A stretch of DNA of 64,000 nt. Source: Auanema rhodensis (taxonomy: Eukaryota > Animalia > Nematoda). The stretch spans positions 12,462,001 through 12,526,000 of the forward strand of contig OZ059896.1 in NCBI GenBank assembly GCA_964057225.1, in the 5' to 3' direction. The notes under the pieces were generated by a model. It was not told the origin of the DNA, searched no databases, and worked only from the letters and a program-made list of their open reading frames with translations. A program made the translations under genes and the position numbers. Within the stretch, counting starts at the first letter, position 1. The number at the start of each line of letters is the position of its first letter. Positions 1-12,734 of this stretch are shown here, piece by piece.

Positions 1-1346
1 CAGGTTGACAGCTTCCAATATTCAGAAAATGAAAAGTTACCGCAAGCATACTGTGCTTGCTGTCAGCACTGTTCCAGCCATCGATTGAAACGTTGAACGA
101 TTGAACATTCTGAATAATTGATTGAATCTTCCCTCTGAACTCATTATAAAAATTTGGAATCATTGTTCTCGAGTACTATGTTCTGGATTTTAATTCAATA
201 CTATAATAAAAAGATTAAATGAAAAATAATTAACTCTCACGTAGGAGTTATAGTTTTCAACAAATTCTTAAATCCAGCATTTCTACAATAATGAAAGGTC
301 TGGCATCAATTTATCGTTACTTCTTTCACTACATTTTTTTTCTAAAACATTATATCAAATGAAAAATTATGGTGTAGTGGATAAAATTTTAAAAAATATA
401 TACAATAAGTTTTGAAAGTTTGGCTATTGTCTCTTCAAATTTGAAATCCATCAACAACACAAAAGTGTTACAATCAGAAATGGCACAAAATAAAAAAAAT
501 TCAACAATTTGATTTTGTTAAAAAAACAACCTTCAAAAAGTTGTGATAACCGAAATAGATGTTGTCCGTTGGTAAGGTTTGACAAAGTCCTTGTGTACTC
601 TTCTGCTTTTTTCTTTATATGTTTGAACCACGACGAAAGATGGTTGAACTGATGTAACTAAATAAGGCCCTTCGAAGGAAGGTGTTAGTTTGTTTCGGAT
701 TTCTGAAAGAATTCATGATTTTTTTAAAAATTAAATTTAAATTTTTTCTTCTCAAGTGTATGTGTATAATTATATTTTTAATCATTTTTAAATATATTAA
801 GTTTGAATTTAAATTTCAAATTTTCAAATTTTTTTTAAAGTTTAAATATTTAAATTATAATAAGTTGGTCGGAAAGTAATGACGTTTTTTTCGATTGTAT
901 TCGATCAAAAAAAATTATGAACACATGAATCATTATATAAAAGAAAAATTAATAATAATAAGTATTATTATATGTTATGAATTCTTATTTATATTTTTCT
1001 GAACAGTAGATTAATTCTGAGTTTTTTTATAGCTTTTTGAAATCATGCTAGAGAAGAGAAATTTAAGAGCAATTTTTTGTATGAGTTCAAAATAGGACGT
1101 AAAGCTGTTGAAGCAGCTGAAAGAATCAACGTTGCCTTTGGCGAAAGGACTTGTTCTGTACGCATGGTGCAGAGATGGTTCAAGAATTTCAAAGAGGGAA
1201 ATGAGAGCTTGGAAGATGATGATCGGTCCGGACGACCTGCTGCCGTTGATGCACAAGTTCTGAAAAACTTTGTTAAAGCAGACCCGTGCAGTTCCACCAG
1301 AAGTCTAGCAGAAGATCTAGGAATATCTCACACAACAGTGTTAGAG
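1..1346 (+). repeat. Segmental duplication, direct copy at 50949-52271
   Basis: Same mosaic of hAT fragment, integrase fragment and mariner. Confidence 0.93.
860..1346 (+). mobile_element. Truncated Hsmar1-like (cecropia-type) mariner: 5' TIR plus N-terminal transposase, frameshifted
   Basis: TA followed by the TIR ATAAGTTGGTCGGAAAGTAATGACG. The transposase reads MLEKRNLRAIF/LYEFKIGRKAVEAA...SLEDDDRSGRP, with a 1-nt loss in a T run. Confidence 0.9.
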
Positions 1347-1693
1347 TGTTATACTTTATAATTCTGTACTTTATTCTTTCTATAATTTTTATGTATTTCT
1401 TTATTCTGTGTTTTATATTTTATATTTTATAATTCTAGTTTCTTGTCTTAGTGTATTATGTTATCAGTTATATTTTGCAGCCTCAGCATTTTCCGAGATA
1501 GTTATAATTGTCATTGACAACTTATAACCTTTCGTAGAAAATGCTGATAACATTCGCTATATAAGCTTGCCATTCAACTGAATCTTCAGTTGGCGGACTT
1601 ATCTTTATCTTTATTTGTTTATTGTTTAAATGTTTTTTTTATTCATAATAAATCTTTCTCTCTTCCTCAAATCTTATTGTTTCTTTTACAACA
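1347..1693 (+). mobile_element. Probable LTR interrupting mariner copy 1
   Basis: Begins TGT exactly where homology to copy 2 stops. TATA-like CTATATAA near 1557, AATAAA near 1647, ends ...ACA. No TSD seen. Confidence 0.5.
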
Positions 1694-2810
1694 TATCTAA
1701 GGGTCAATAACATGGAACATTAATATCCAAACCAAGGATATTACATGGAGGTTCCACCTTAGAATCTTTTTACGATTTTCGAACTCGATTACATTATGAA
1801 TTATCATTCAGTTAAAGAGAATTTATTTTTTTGAGCGATTTCCCTGGGCTACCACCTCTCTTTCCAATTCAGTACGAAGGGTCTCACTCATTTTTTTAAT
1901 AAACAGGGTTGATATTTTGCGCAAGGGTGAGATACTGAATTGGCCAACTTTTCGATTTCTCTTTGTTTCTGCGCAGTTGTATTTTTGATTTTTCATTGTG
2001 GCGAAAAATATATATTTTTTGGAAATGGAAAAGCTGTTTGATATAAGCAAAATTGGATCTTAATAAAGTCAATTTGCGATATTTTTGATAAAGATTACAA
2101 GTTTGTACTAACAGAATGGCCACTGTAAGAAGATAACATCCTCTGTATCATTTGTCATATTTGAATTTAAACCTTCCTCTCATAATTTTTTGATTGTTGA
2201 TTCAAGTTGAAACAAAGACTTTGGAATTTGAAAGATGCCTTGTTTGGTAATTCATTGTTATTCAGTAACAATTGAGATTTTGATTTGTCCGCCATACTCA
2301 CTTCTCTAATTTATGAATCACATTGTCACATAATCATATCCTATTATCATCTTAACAATTAATTATATTCACACTTTTTTTTCCTCTCTATAGTTTGTTT
2401 TTCTATGAATTCATTAATTAATTAATCTTCAACCCATATTATTATATATCTTTTTTTTCTTCAATTTTTTTTTCATGTTATTCACTAGCTTATTCACTAT
2501 TAACTATTCATATTCTTATCTTGTTTACTAACTTATTCCACTATTTTACATTGTAGATTGTTCTGACTTTCCTCCTTTTCCAAAACGGCAACCTCCAAGA
2601 ATAATTATACGGATACGCCTTTCCGTACCTCTCAAAGATTAAGAGACAAGAGAAATCGTATTTCTCGATTTCCTTTTCCCGATAGTGACGACTCGTTTGA
2701 CAACGATTTAAGTCCATCGGACGACGAAAAAACGCCAACACACTTGGCTGTAACACCGAAAAAAAAAAACTCCCCAGCGCGAAAAACTACCTCTGAAGCT
2801 CCTACTCAAC

Positions 2811-5560
2811 ATGAGACCACATGAGCAATCAAACAGAGATTCAACTCTGGAAACGCCTAATTTAATGGCATCTCCAGAGTTGACCAAAAACTTAACAAAA
2901 GTTCTAGGCAGTCCACACTGCCCCAAATACGATGGTAGCCGAAGCTTTCGATCGTACATCGATATATTTAACCAATTCGCGAATGCTGCGGGACTTTCGG
3001 TAATTGAAAGAATTTTTCTTCTTCCTCTGCTGCTTCAGCAGAATGATTCTGCGATCTCTGCATATAACTCGATTCCTTCCGAAATTCGTGAACGAGGGCC
3101 TTGGAAAGACCTTGTTTCACAATTGGCAGAGTTACTTTGCCCTGCCACGGAAAGGAATTTTACAATCGCGAAGTTGCTACGCTCGACGCAAGGAGAGAAA
3201 ACTGTTACTCAGTTTGCCTCATACTTGGAAGAAATGGCTTCCAGTATTATGAGCCCAACTGATCGAGAAAGAGAGCTCATATAAAGATAAGCTTTCTTTA
3301 ATGGATTGAACGCTGATTTAGGCATAATTGTTCAAGGAAAAGATCCGAAGAATTATGAGGAAGCAAAAAGGACAGCACGTTTTGAAGAAGCAATTCGTGC
3401 TAACTATAAGAAACAGCATGAAGAAAACTCAACTATGCAAGAGTTGATTTCTGCAGTTCAGAAGATCACCATGAAGAAAAATAGGAACCAAAGGAACCAT
3501 CAGCAGCCACGATATTTCGAACGGAACAATGGCAACAATTCAAGAAACCCTTGGAAGAGTTTCAAAAATAAATTCAGCAGGAACTCTGGCCCTCGACAAA
3601 ATTATGGAAACAACTACTCAATGGAGAGTCATCATCATTTGAGAGAACCTCGCAACAATTATCAAAGAGAAAATCGAGACAACTTTTCTAGGAATAATCG
3701 CAACAACCATCCAAGAGAATCTCGAGGAGACAACTACTCAAGAGAAAATAGAGACAACTATCCAAGAGAAAATAGAGACAATTATCCAAGAGAGAATCAA
3801 GGCAATCAAAAACGATGGAAACCTCGATTCAATATAAATACTATAGCATTACCATTCCTGCTCACAACAATAATCTGCACATTTTTGCTTCCCACTGTGA
3901 ATGCTTCATATCAACTATGTTTAGCTCATAAAGGAGGAATTCTGATGACACCACCAGAGATAACAGGATGCCAACGGAAAGCAATTCAACAAAAGTTAAC
4001 GTTGAATTGTTCATTCCTAAACAAACCGTCGTAACATGGGAAGCGTGGAAATGTTATACACGCATCTATCGATTATGTGTAACGGATCAATTTTGGTTCC
4101 GAGAAAGCAATGACACCATCATTGGTAATGGATATGTATCTGTAGAAGAATGCCGTATAGCTGCTCGAGACAAGAAATGGAAAAATGAAAAACTGTTGAG
4201 CGCTAATCCACTTACATATCAAGCTCCTAAGCCAGTATATGAACCGGAACGTTTCTTCAGCTTTACTCAATGCGCCAACTTAACTCAATTTGTGATGGAG
4301 CGAGGAGTTATTACAAATTTAAAGGACAATACTATTGTATCTGACTTAATTGTCAACGCAGAAGGCTGTAAAGCTCAAATGGGAAGCTGTACATTTGGAG
4401 ATGGTTCAGTAGTTTGGAAACCACCCACACCCCGAGCACCATGCCAATACACACGTATTGGACCTCTGTATGGAATACTTGGAGATCAAACACTGCTAAT
4501 ATCAAGTCTAGAAACAGCACTTGTCTTAGCCAACACCTCAGCATCTACTACAACTCAATCTTGTTTTTCTTCACCAATTTTTGAATCCACTACTGAGACT
4601 CTTGTCTCGTTTATTGATTATCCGCATGCATATTCTCTACTGGATCTAACAAGTTATTTGGATAATCAAATGGATCCTTCACGCCAACGCTATAAACGAT
4701 CAACAAATTCATCCTTAATTGCGTCATTTCGCTCAGAAATGGAATATAAGTTAACTCCTATTCAAATATTGGATCTACCGTTTGCTAGATATACTGTCAC
4801 GTCTGGCGGAAATACCATAAGATATATTCATAACTGGTATCACTATCAATCAGTTAGCAACGAATATCAGAACCTGACTGTTATTGCTCGATATCATCAA
4901 TTTTTGCTGTCAGCTGTCCATATTTTGAACATTACTGATCATACTATAGATTACTGGGCAACTTTAAAAGACTTCCGCGATCCGAATATTCTCTTACTAC
5001 ATGCTCTAGGAGGAGAAGAAAGCAAGATGATTACAAAAATGTGGATCGAACAAATGGAGCCTAGTTTTGTCATCGGTCAACTAGCACACCGACTTCCTAT
5101 CAATTAAATAAAAAGAATAGTTAAACCAGGCAATTCTACAATTTCGGTTGCAAGAGATAAATTATGGGAAATGATACAAATACCTGCAATCTTATCCAAA
5201 ACAGAATATGTGCCACCACTCGAATTTTTGATATTCACAGTATATCAAAACCATCTCAACTTCACATTTGGAGATCCACGTTCTGTGGTATATAAAGCAA
5301 ACGAATTACTTCGTGAATTACGCTATCAGTATTTTCAACCTCAACTGTTAGAATATTATCGAATGAAACTGTTCTTTCATAGTCATTTTATGCAACGACA
5401 AGTGAAAGATCAAGTATATGAAATGAAATTAAAGCTGTTGGATAACTGGACACTCAGAAACCGAGAAACCATTTTTGGAATACCGATGCCTTCAAATAAA
5501 GAAGATCTCTACAGCCGTAACATCAATATTGACGCTAAACAATTAACTGATTTAATGTCT
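2811..5560 (+). pseudogene. LTR-retroelement gag fused to a class III-like envelope glycoprotein; degenerate and 3'-truncated
   Basis: Capsid-like PKYDGS...QGEKTVTQFA...FFNGL, then an R/N-rich tail, an internal signal peptide ALPFLLTTIICTFLLPTVNA|SYQLC, a Cys-rich ectodomain and a furin site RYKR. Two stops near 3282-3290, a frameshift near 3970 and a stop at 5105. Confidence 0.7.
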
Positions 5561-6033
5561 CATTCACTAGAAACAAAACTGAGAAGCGGTCGTTTACAAC
5601 AGTTTGTGAGTACGAATCTCATTGAATGCAGGAATGCTATTCTCAAAAATAGGATCACCTCTGAAACGTCTGCTGTTCCACTGTTATCTTTCTAAACTAA
5701 TGTTTATTTTTTTCAGTAGAATAGTAGAATAGTTCAGTATATGTTTTTCTACTTTTGTTGTTAGTTGGGCAGAACCGAATGCTTTGATCGATATTTTGAT
5801 ATAAACGTAAGCAGATAAAAGAAGTCATTATTAGATCACAAGAAATTACAGTATGAGTTATACATTAACATATACATTAAATATACCGATTGAAATTAAA
5901 TGAAATAATAATCAAATATTAGGTTTTATGCTGCTTGATAATATAGTACATGGTTATTTTCTAAGACTCAAAGTTTGGGACAAAAATCATAGTAAATCTG
6001 TGAAACATATATCAGCCGAAACAAAAAACAAAA

Positions 6034-6087
6034 TCCGGCGAGATTTGAACTCGGTTCGCAGGATTCAGAGTCCTGAGTGCTAACCAT
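6034..6087 (-). pseudogene. 5'-truncated tRNA-Gln(CUG); copies at 14323-14376 (-) and 45480-45533 (+)
   Basis: ATGGTTAGCACTCAGGACTCTGAATCCTGCGAACCGAGTTCAAATCTCG contains an anticodon arm with CTG and a T arm. The 5' acceptor strand is missing. Confidence 0.85.
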
Positions 6088-6299
6088 GAGATAAATTCAA
6101 GTTCAACAACATATCAGTCAATGTACAGTTAATTCCAATTTAGCGTACAAATGTTTCTGAAAAATGTCAAGATTGGAGAATCAAATAAGTGGAACGCACA
6201 TTCCACATCATCAAATAATTTGCACATCAGAACCAAACTACTGTTCAGAAAACTAACAAAGAAAAAGAAACATTCTTATAAAAGACTAATTATTGATTT

Positions 6300-8005
6300 T
6301 AAGTAATGGCACACTAGTTAGATGCGCAGCACACTTCACACATTTATAATATTTACATTCTTATTTTAAGTTCGATCAAGGAGGTCTTTATTTGTTACAG
6401 AACAATGATTTTTGGATGGAGTGGTTCTACAGCTTTTGCGGCATCAAAGGAAATTCTGAAAGTGTTTAAAAATGATAAGTTAGTGTATTATTTCTCTTAG
6501 TCTTTTCTATTTTTTGAGTTCATTATCATGATTTTGCTGAATATCCTATCAATGTCTTGTTAACTGTTGTAAAATTGAAAGATGATTTCAAATATCTTTA
6601 AGTTTGTACCCAAGATGTTCTTTCACCTTGGTCAGGAAACATGAATGGGTTCATATCATTTTCTTAAATTTTCTTTCTGTACCATAATGCAAATTATCTT
6701 CTGCAAAATCTACGAAAAGTAAAATTGAAAAAAATTCTATTTAATGAAATTTATCCATCTGATGAATTACTTTGTCTGAAAATTATCAGAAACTTAAACC
6801 CGAGTCAGCCAATCTGAAAGACAGGTATCTTGAGGTGATTGATTCTAGAATGTTTATAATTTAGGTGAATACATCTTTAACGAAACTGAAAAAAATGAAC
6901 TGGTTTCAAATGTATTTATTCAATACATCTCTTTCAGACCAGGCCTACTGCCATTCACGAATATGTTTTCAAGAATCAAGAACTCTTATATGTTCTTGTT
7001 GTTTAACAACAAAATTTTGAAATTGAAATGAGATAAATACTGCATATTCTTGGGAGCTGTGCCTATATTTCAAATTATTCCAGATTTGAAGATCAACTGG
7101 TTAAAATTTACTCCGTAATCCAGTGATCATTTTTATCAATTCTTGTGCTTCTACTGAAAAAATAAACATTAGTTTAGAAAGATAACAGTGAAACAGCAGA
7201 CGTTTCAGCGGTGATCCTATTTTTGAGAATAGCATTCCTGCATTCAATGAGATTCGTACTCACAAACTGTTGTAAACGACCGCTTCTCAGTTTTGTTTCT
7301 AGCGAATGATAAGAATAGAGCATTTGTCTTCAACTACTTATCTTGGAACATTTATAGTACTCATTTACTTTAATTTAGCCTTTAACATTCCGAAACTTTT
7401 TTGTTTTCTTTTTTAATAATCTTGTTCAATAGTTTATTCCAATGATCTTCACCCAGCGATTCAAGCAGACCGTTCATCGAAATATTGCCACGGGGATCCT
7501 GTAAAGAAAACTGTTTTAAATGTAGTGACACACTTTTTTAGTCTCACCAAACAAACACCTCTGTATTTTCATTTTCAGTTTTTTTTGCTTTCAATTCAAA
7601 AACTGCGTTTCCAAGAAGATGCACATCACATCTTACAACAATCATTTCAGAAAAAACATTGTTCTATAACACATCGTGAAAATTCAAAGTATGACTAACT
7701 AACGACTTTTAGAGCAAGAAGAGCTTTTTCTCCATCACAGATTAAAGCCGGAACTATTTTATTTTTAATGATCTGAAACAAAAAATTTTCTTGTTGATTG
7801 GAATCATCCTGTTTCATTACTTGAATTGTATTATATTTGCAATAAGAAGAGTGATGAGCAAATCACACAAATCAAAAGTTGTGTCATAAAAGAAAGAACA
7901 ACCTAATCCTCCTGGAAATAAGCCGTTATCATCTGTCTTTGCAAGCAAATTATCTGAAACACTTTTTTTTATGAAGCACATTACTTTCCTTTCTGTCTTC
8001 ACAGG
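6300..8005 (-). pseudogene. MULE/Mutator-like transposase remnant with introns; copies at ~14590-16313 (-), 13340-14010 (+), 43760-45250 (+), 5561-5720 (+)
   Basis: FFYDTTFDLCD (first D), IVPALICDGEKAL (second D) and STNLIECRNAILK (E). These parallel the motifs at 55029-56053. Confidence 0.7.
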
Positions 8006-8429
8006 TGAGAATAGAAGTTAATTCAACTCATTATCCTATATTCAGATTGAGTGTACTAGAAAATATGCATATAGAGCTATTTGAGAAAATAATGACAACA
8101 GCAAAAACAAAATACGATGAACTTTCTTCGAAGCAGCATTTAAGTATGGAATTCGAAGTTGGTGCTGCAACAAAAAAAATAAAATTCACCAAAATAAGTA
8201 AAAAAAATGAACACAGAGGAATTTCGCAAATTTATCAGTTAGTTAAGAACATCTTCAATTTAAAAATACTTATCTTTAAGTGAACCCTTCTACGATGAAG
8301 ATTCAAGCTCACGCTATTCTGATGTATCAAGACTATTCAAAACTATAATATCGACACAAATTTTGAGAAGTAATAACAGTTTAATTCATAATAAACAAAA
8401 AATCAGTCAATGTTCAGTTAATTCAGATT

Positions 8430-9340
8430 GTGACGTACAGATCTTTTCAGAAAATGTCAACATTGGAAAGTCAAAAATCAGGAACCACAACATCACAACA
8501 AACCGTGACAGAGCCAAAGAGCTATCGGCAGAACTCGGATCACAAGGTCGAGCTAAGACAACTGCTATGGGAAATTAAGGAATGTGCTCAAGGTACGCTC
8601 ATTGATAATTACTGGACTAGAGTGAGAATGTTACCTAGTTTTGAAAAGTTATTGGGAGAATCTAATACCTCTTTAGACGTACAGATCTTTTTAGAAAATG
8701 TCAACATTGGAAAGTCAAAAATCAGGAACCACAACATCACAACAGACCGTGACAGAGCCAAAGAGCTATCGGCAGGATTCGGATCACAAGGTCGAGCTAA
8801 GACAACTGCTATGGGAAATTAAGGAATGTGCTCAAGGTACGCTCATTGATGATTACTGGACTAGAGTGAGAATGTTACCTAGTCTTGAAAAGTTTTTTGG
8901 AGAATCTAATACCTCTTTAGATAAACACATAGATGCTTTTAATGAACAGTATCCCAAAGAAAGGTGGATTGAACAACACCGAGGGCGATTTTTAAGGGAT
9001 TCGTTGAGGGGAATAGTCCTGCAGACTTTTGATGCTGCTATAGCAGAAAGTCTGGATGCTCGCATTGCAACTTTTAAAACAGCGATGTTGGACCGAAAAA
9101 GAACAGCGAGATACAAAACCGCTAAAAACTTGGATAAGCTCACTATGTACAACTACAACGTACTAGGGTATTGCACAAGACTGGAAGAGCTTTATATGAA
9201 AGTATATCCAGAGGTAGTAGACGTCAGCTCGTCCCATGATCTAGCGATGAGGTTATTTAGGCAGATTGAAAACTGGCCACATGCTGCAGCAATCCAAAAT
9301 TGGATTGCAAGATACTGTTCGAAGGCAGAAAAAATCATAG
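8430..9340 (+). pseudogene. Ty3/Gypsy gag (capsid) fragment with an internal tandem duplication; copy at 16738-18290
   Basis: LPSLEKFFGE...FNEQYPKERW...LRG...YCTRLEELYMKVYP, a capsid-like pattern. Confidence 0.65.
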
Positions 9341-9699
9341 TGTGGTGGATAAAACTTTCGAATCATTTTCTTGAGTTGTACAGGTACGGTCTTACCCTGT
9401 GAATAGGTCGAGCCCGTTCTGTACAAAAAATGAAAACTCGTTTGACCCATATGACTAATGTCCACAAGGTGAATACAAGTAATGATTAAGCATAACAAAT
9501 AACAAAGTTTACAAGAGAATGTTGGAAAAATCTAATCAATGAATTGAAGTAATAGAACAAAACCTTGGAAAACAATAGCAGACTTCTCAGAGAAAAATCA
9601 ATCAACAACAAAAAAGTGTTACAATCAGAAATGGTACAAAATAAAAAATATTTCAACAATTTGAATTGGTCAAAAAAATCTACCTTCGAGAAATTGTGA

Positions 9700-10390
9700 T
9701 GACTAGAATGGATGTTGTACGTTAGTAAGGTTTGACAAAATCCTTGTGTACTTTCCTGTTTTTTCCTGTAATGGTTCGAACCACGACGAACGACCTTTGA
9801 ACTGCTGCAACTAAATAAGGCCTTTCGAATGAAGGTGTTAGTTTGTTTCGTGTAGATATGACTTTTATCACTTTTATCATAACTAACTCATTAACCTGAA
9901 TTTATTTATTTCTTATTTCTATTTCGTGTATTGTACCGTTGTTCATTTTTCTCTGTGCATGTTTCAATTCTATCTTTTACTATAGCAGAAGTGCTTTCCT
10001 TTTGTATTAGTGATCTATTGACAAAACCTTCTGTAGAATTGACTGGTTCTTCAGTTTGGAGATTATTTCCAGGCAAGTAGTGGTCAATAGGAAGTCTTGC
10101 ATCCCGACCAAATAATACTATGTATGGACTAATAGATGTTGATGAGTTTGGTAACGTCTTGATTGCAAACATAACTTTGGGTAGGTGTAAATCCCAGTTA
10201 GTTTGTTGTTCATTCACGAATGAAATGACAGCTTTTTCTAAAGTTTTATGAAGTCTTTCAAATTGTCCATCAGCATTTTAATAGTATGGCAGTGTAGTAG
10301 TGTATTTAATTCTAAATTGCTTACACATAGCTTGAAATTCAGAAGACTAAAAGCTACTACCATTATCGGTCACCATACTCATTGGTGGTC
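9700..10390 (-). pseudogene. Ty3/Gypsy integrase C-terminal fragment; many partial copies (10877-11220, 18650-19340, 40030-40380, 40920-41120, 47580-47990, 48840-49090, 50300-50550)
   Basis: DNGSSF...ADGQFERLHKTL...NWDLHLPKVMFA...SPYIVLFGRDARLPID and a GPY/F-like KLTPSFERP. Confidence 0.85.
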
Positions 10391-12039
10391 CATATATGAA
10401 AACAAATCTAATTACAAACCTTTTTCTTGCTACTGTCGTGTCGTGTGGATTAATTGTTTGGATAGACTATAAGCAGAAAAAAATTTCCAGGGACAATGTC
10501 AGAGCACATGGATACAGTGGAGGCTGTTCGGAATGAACAGCTACAAAATCTTTTTGCTGATTTAGTCGGTAGATGTAAGGCGCTTTGATTTTCAATAACC
10601 AAATTTGAAATCAAAACTCATTACTCAGGCTCAAATTTTAAGAAACACAAATTCGAGCAGCAAAGTAAAGTTAATGATATAACGACTTTTTCGCACTTTT
10701 TATGTTCGATATATATATATGTTCTTCTCTTTTTTTTTTTTCGGGCAAAACCGAATGCTTCGATCAATATTTTAAAAATAACGTAAAGAGATAAAAGAAT
10801 TCATTATCATAACACAAAAAAATACAGTATTAGTTATACGCTGACAAATAATACAAAAAAAAGAAAAATAATAAAAAAGACGTTACCAAACTTATCAACA
10901 TTTATTAGTCCATACATAGTATTATTTGGTCGGGATGTAAGACTTCCAATTGACCACCACTTGCCTGCAAATAATCTCCAAACTGAAGAACCAACCAATT
11001 CTACAGAAGATTGTGTTAATAGATCACTGATACAAAAGGAAAGCACTTTCGCTATAGTAAAAGATAGAATTGAAACATGCACAAAGAAAAATGAACAACG
11101 GTACAATACACGAAATAGAAATAAAAAACAAATAAATTCAGGTAATGACTTAGTTATGATAAAAATGATAAAAGTCATGTCTACACGAAACAAAGAACAT
11201 CCATTCCAGTCATTACAATTTCTTGAAGGTAGTTTTTTTAACCAATTCAAGTAGTTGAAATATTTTTTATTTTGTGCCAATTCTGATTGTAACACTTCTT
11301 TGTTGTTGATTGATTTCTCTCTGAGAAGTCTGCTATTGTTTTCCAAGGTTTTATTTTATTACTTTAATTCATTGAATAGATTTTTCCAACATTCTCTTGT
11401 AAACTTTGTTATTTTTTATGCTTAATTATTACTTCTGTTCACCGTACGGACATTAGTCATACGGGTTAAACGAGTTTTCATTTTTTTGTACAGAACGGGC
11501 TCGACCTATTAACAGGGTAACACCGTATCTGTACAACTCAAGAAAATGATCGAATATCAAAGTCAAATGGTTGAGAAGCAAAATTTCGTTTGCAAGCATT
11601 TCACTACTCAACTATTTGGAATAGAATCTACTCAATACTACTTTTCGAATTCAACAAACTTGAAGAGACAATAGCTAAACTTTCAAAACTTATTGTATAC
11701 ATTTTTTGAAATTTTTATCCACTACACCTTAATTTTTTTTTTCAACATCCAACTATCTTGAAAAGTAAACTTATTTATTTTGTTTTTGAACAACGGGATG
11801 AATAAAACGGTTGTCGATAATTAAATATCACGCCTACAACATGGGAGACACATGGCACTCTTGCTTCTGGCCTGACCCAGATAGGTGGTCTTATAGCCAT
11901 GTGAGTCTCATCTCAATAGATTCTATATTTTATTACTTTATTATATCTTTTTATCATCTTTCTTAATGTAAATCGGCTCTGCCTACCTTAGGAACGTGGT
12001 AGAAGTATATATATCTTCCGACCATGAAAAGACGGGAAA

Positions 12040-12367
12040 AATTAGTATGTAACGCAGTTATTAATGTTCATTAAATTAACCCTCGATATGTGTCGCGTTG
12101 AGGTCAGCGCAACTGTTTGTTAATCTTATGATATAAACATTCAATGTGTGCTCGATAGAGATTTTGTATTGGTTTGTATAGTAAAATAAAATGTTAAACT
12201 ATTCTAATATGTTCATCTTTTCTTTTATTTTGAGAAGTTCACTTGTTACAATAAATTTGACAGCTTATGCGCCCCCAAAAATATGTTTTTAGCAGCTGAC
12301 GCCGTCCAAAGTATACTTTTGACAGCTGTTTGGGGGCGTAGTTATTAAATTTTACACGGCTCTCTAG
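12040..12367 (-). mobile_element. Shrunken Maverick terminal remnant; second copy at ~42460-42779
   Basis: TTTTAGCAGCTGACGCC...TTTGGGGGCGTAGTTA...GGCTCTCT matches the Maverick terminus. GGTCAGCGCAACTGTTT matches the reverse complement of 21717-21733. Confidence 0.75.
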
Positions 12368-12663
12368 CTCTAAAGCAACGGACATGGATTGGAGCAAAAA
12401 TGAAACCTTGTTATATGTGTCTCATTTTATAGGCGTGGCTGTTTTAGGTTTTGATCATTTGAATAGCTCGTATATGTTTAGCATGCGCTGGCAGATTTGA
12501 CAGTGAGAAAAATCGATTGGAAATGGAAAGAAAAATAAACAAATATTAAGTTTCAAGCTGCTTGATAGTGTAGTTTAGATGTGTTTCACGACTTGATATT
12601 TCGGACATAAACCAAAGGAAATCTTTGAAACATATATCGCCCGAAACAAAAAACAAAACTAGA

Positions 12664-12734
12664 AAGTTCCGCCATGATTTAAACTGGGGTCGAGCATTCA
12701 GAGTCCTAAGTGTTGACCACTACACCACGGAACC
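12664..12734 (-). pseudogene. Degenerate near-full-length tRNA-Gln(CUG); copy at 43080-43150
   Basis: GGTTCCGTGGTGTAGTGGTCAACACTTAGGACTCTGAAT...GGAACT. The anticodon 3' stem and B-box are damaged. Confidence 0.8.

Larger units (their letters stand above)
5560..10874 (+). repeat. Segmental duplication, direct copy at 13849-19825
   Basis: Near-identical sequence with an initial offset of 8289 and duplicated ORF sets. The copies differ mainly in the copy number of the gag-start repeat. Confidence 0.95.

Noticed and set aside
682-879. Short AT-rich ORFs (also 22405-22611, 36702-36896) and antisense ORFs within Maverick and BEL genes
   Set aside because: Low-complexity or shadow frames with no recognisable motifs.
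2325-2760. 5' LTR and primer-binding site for the gag-env element (TGTCAC...CA, TGGCTGTAACACCG)
   Set aside because: Plausible, but there is no second LTR in the window and I cannot match the PBS to a tRNA.
5561-7310. DNA transposon with ~160-bp TIRs
   Set aside because: The inverted segments are internal MULE coding sequence (the E-motif region) with no TSD.
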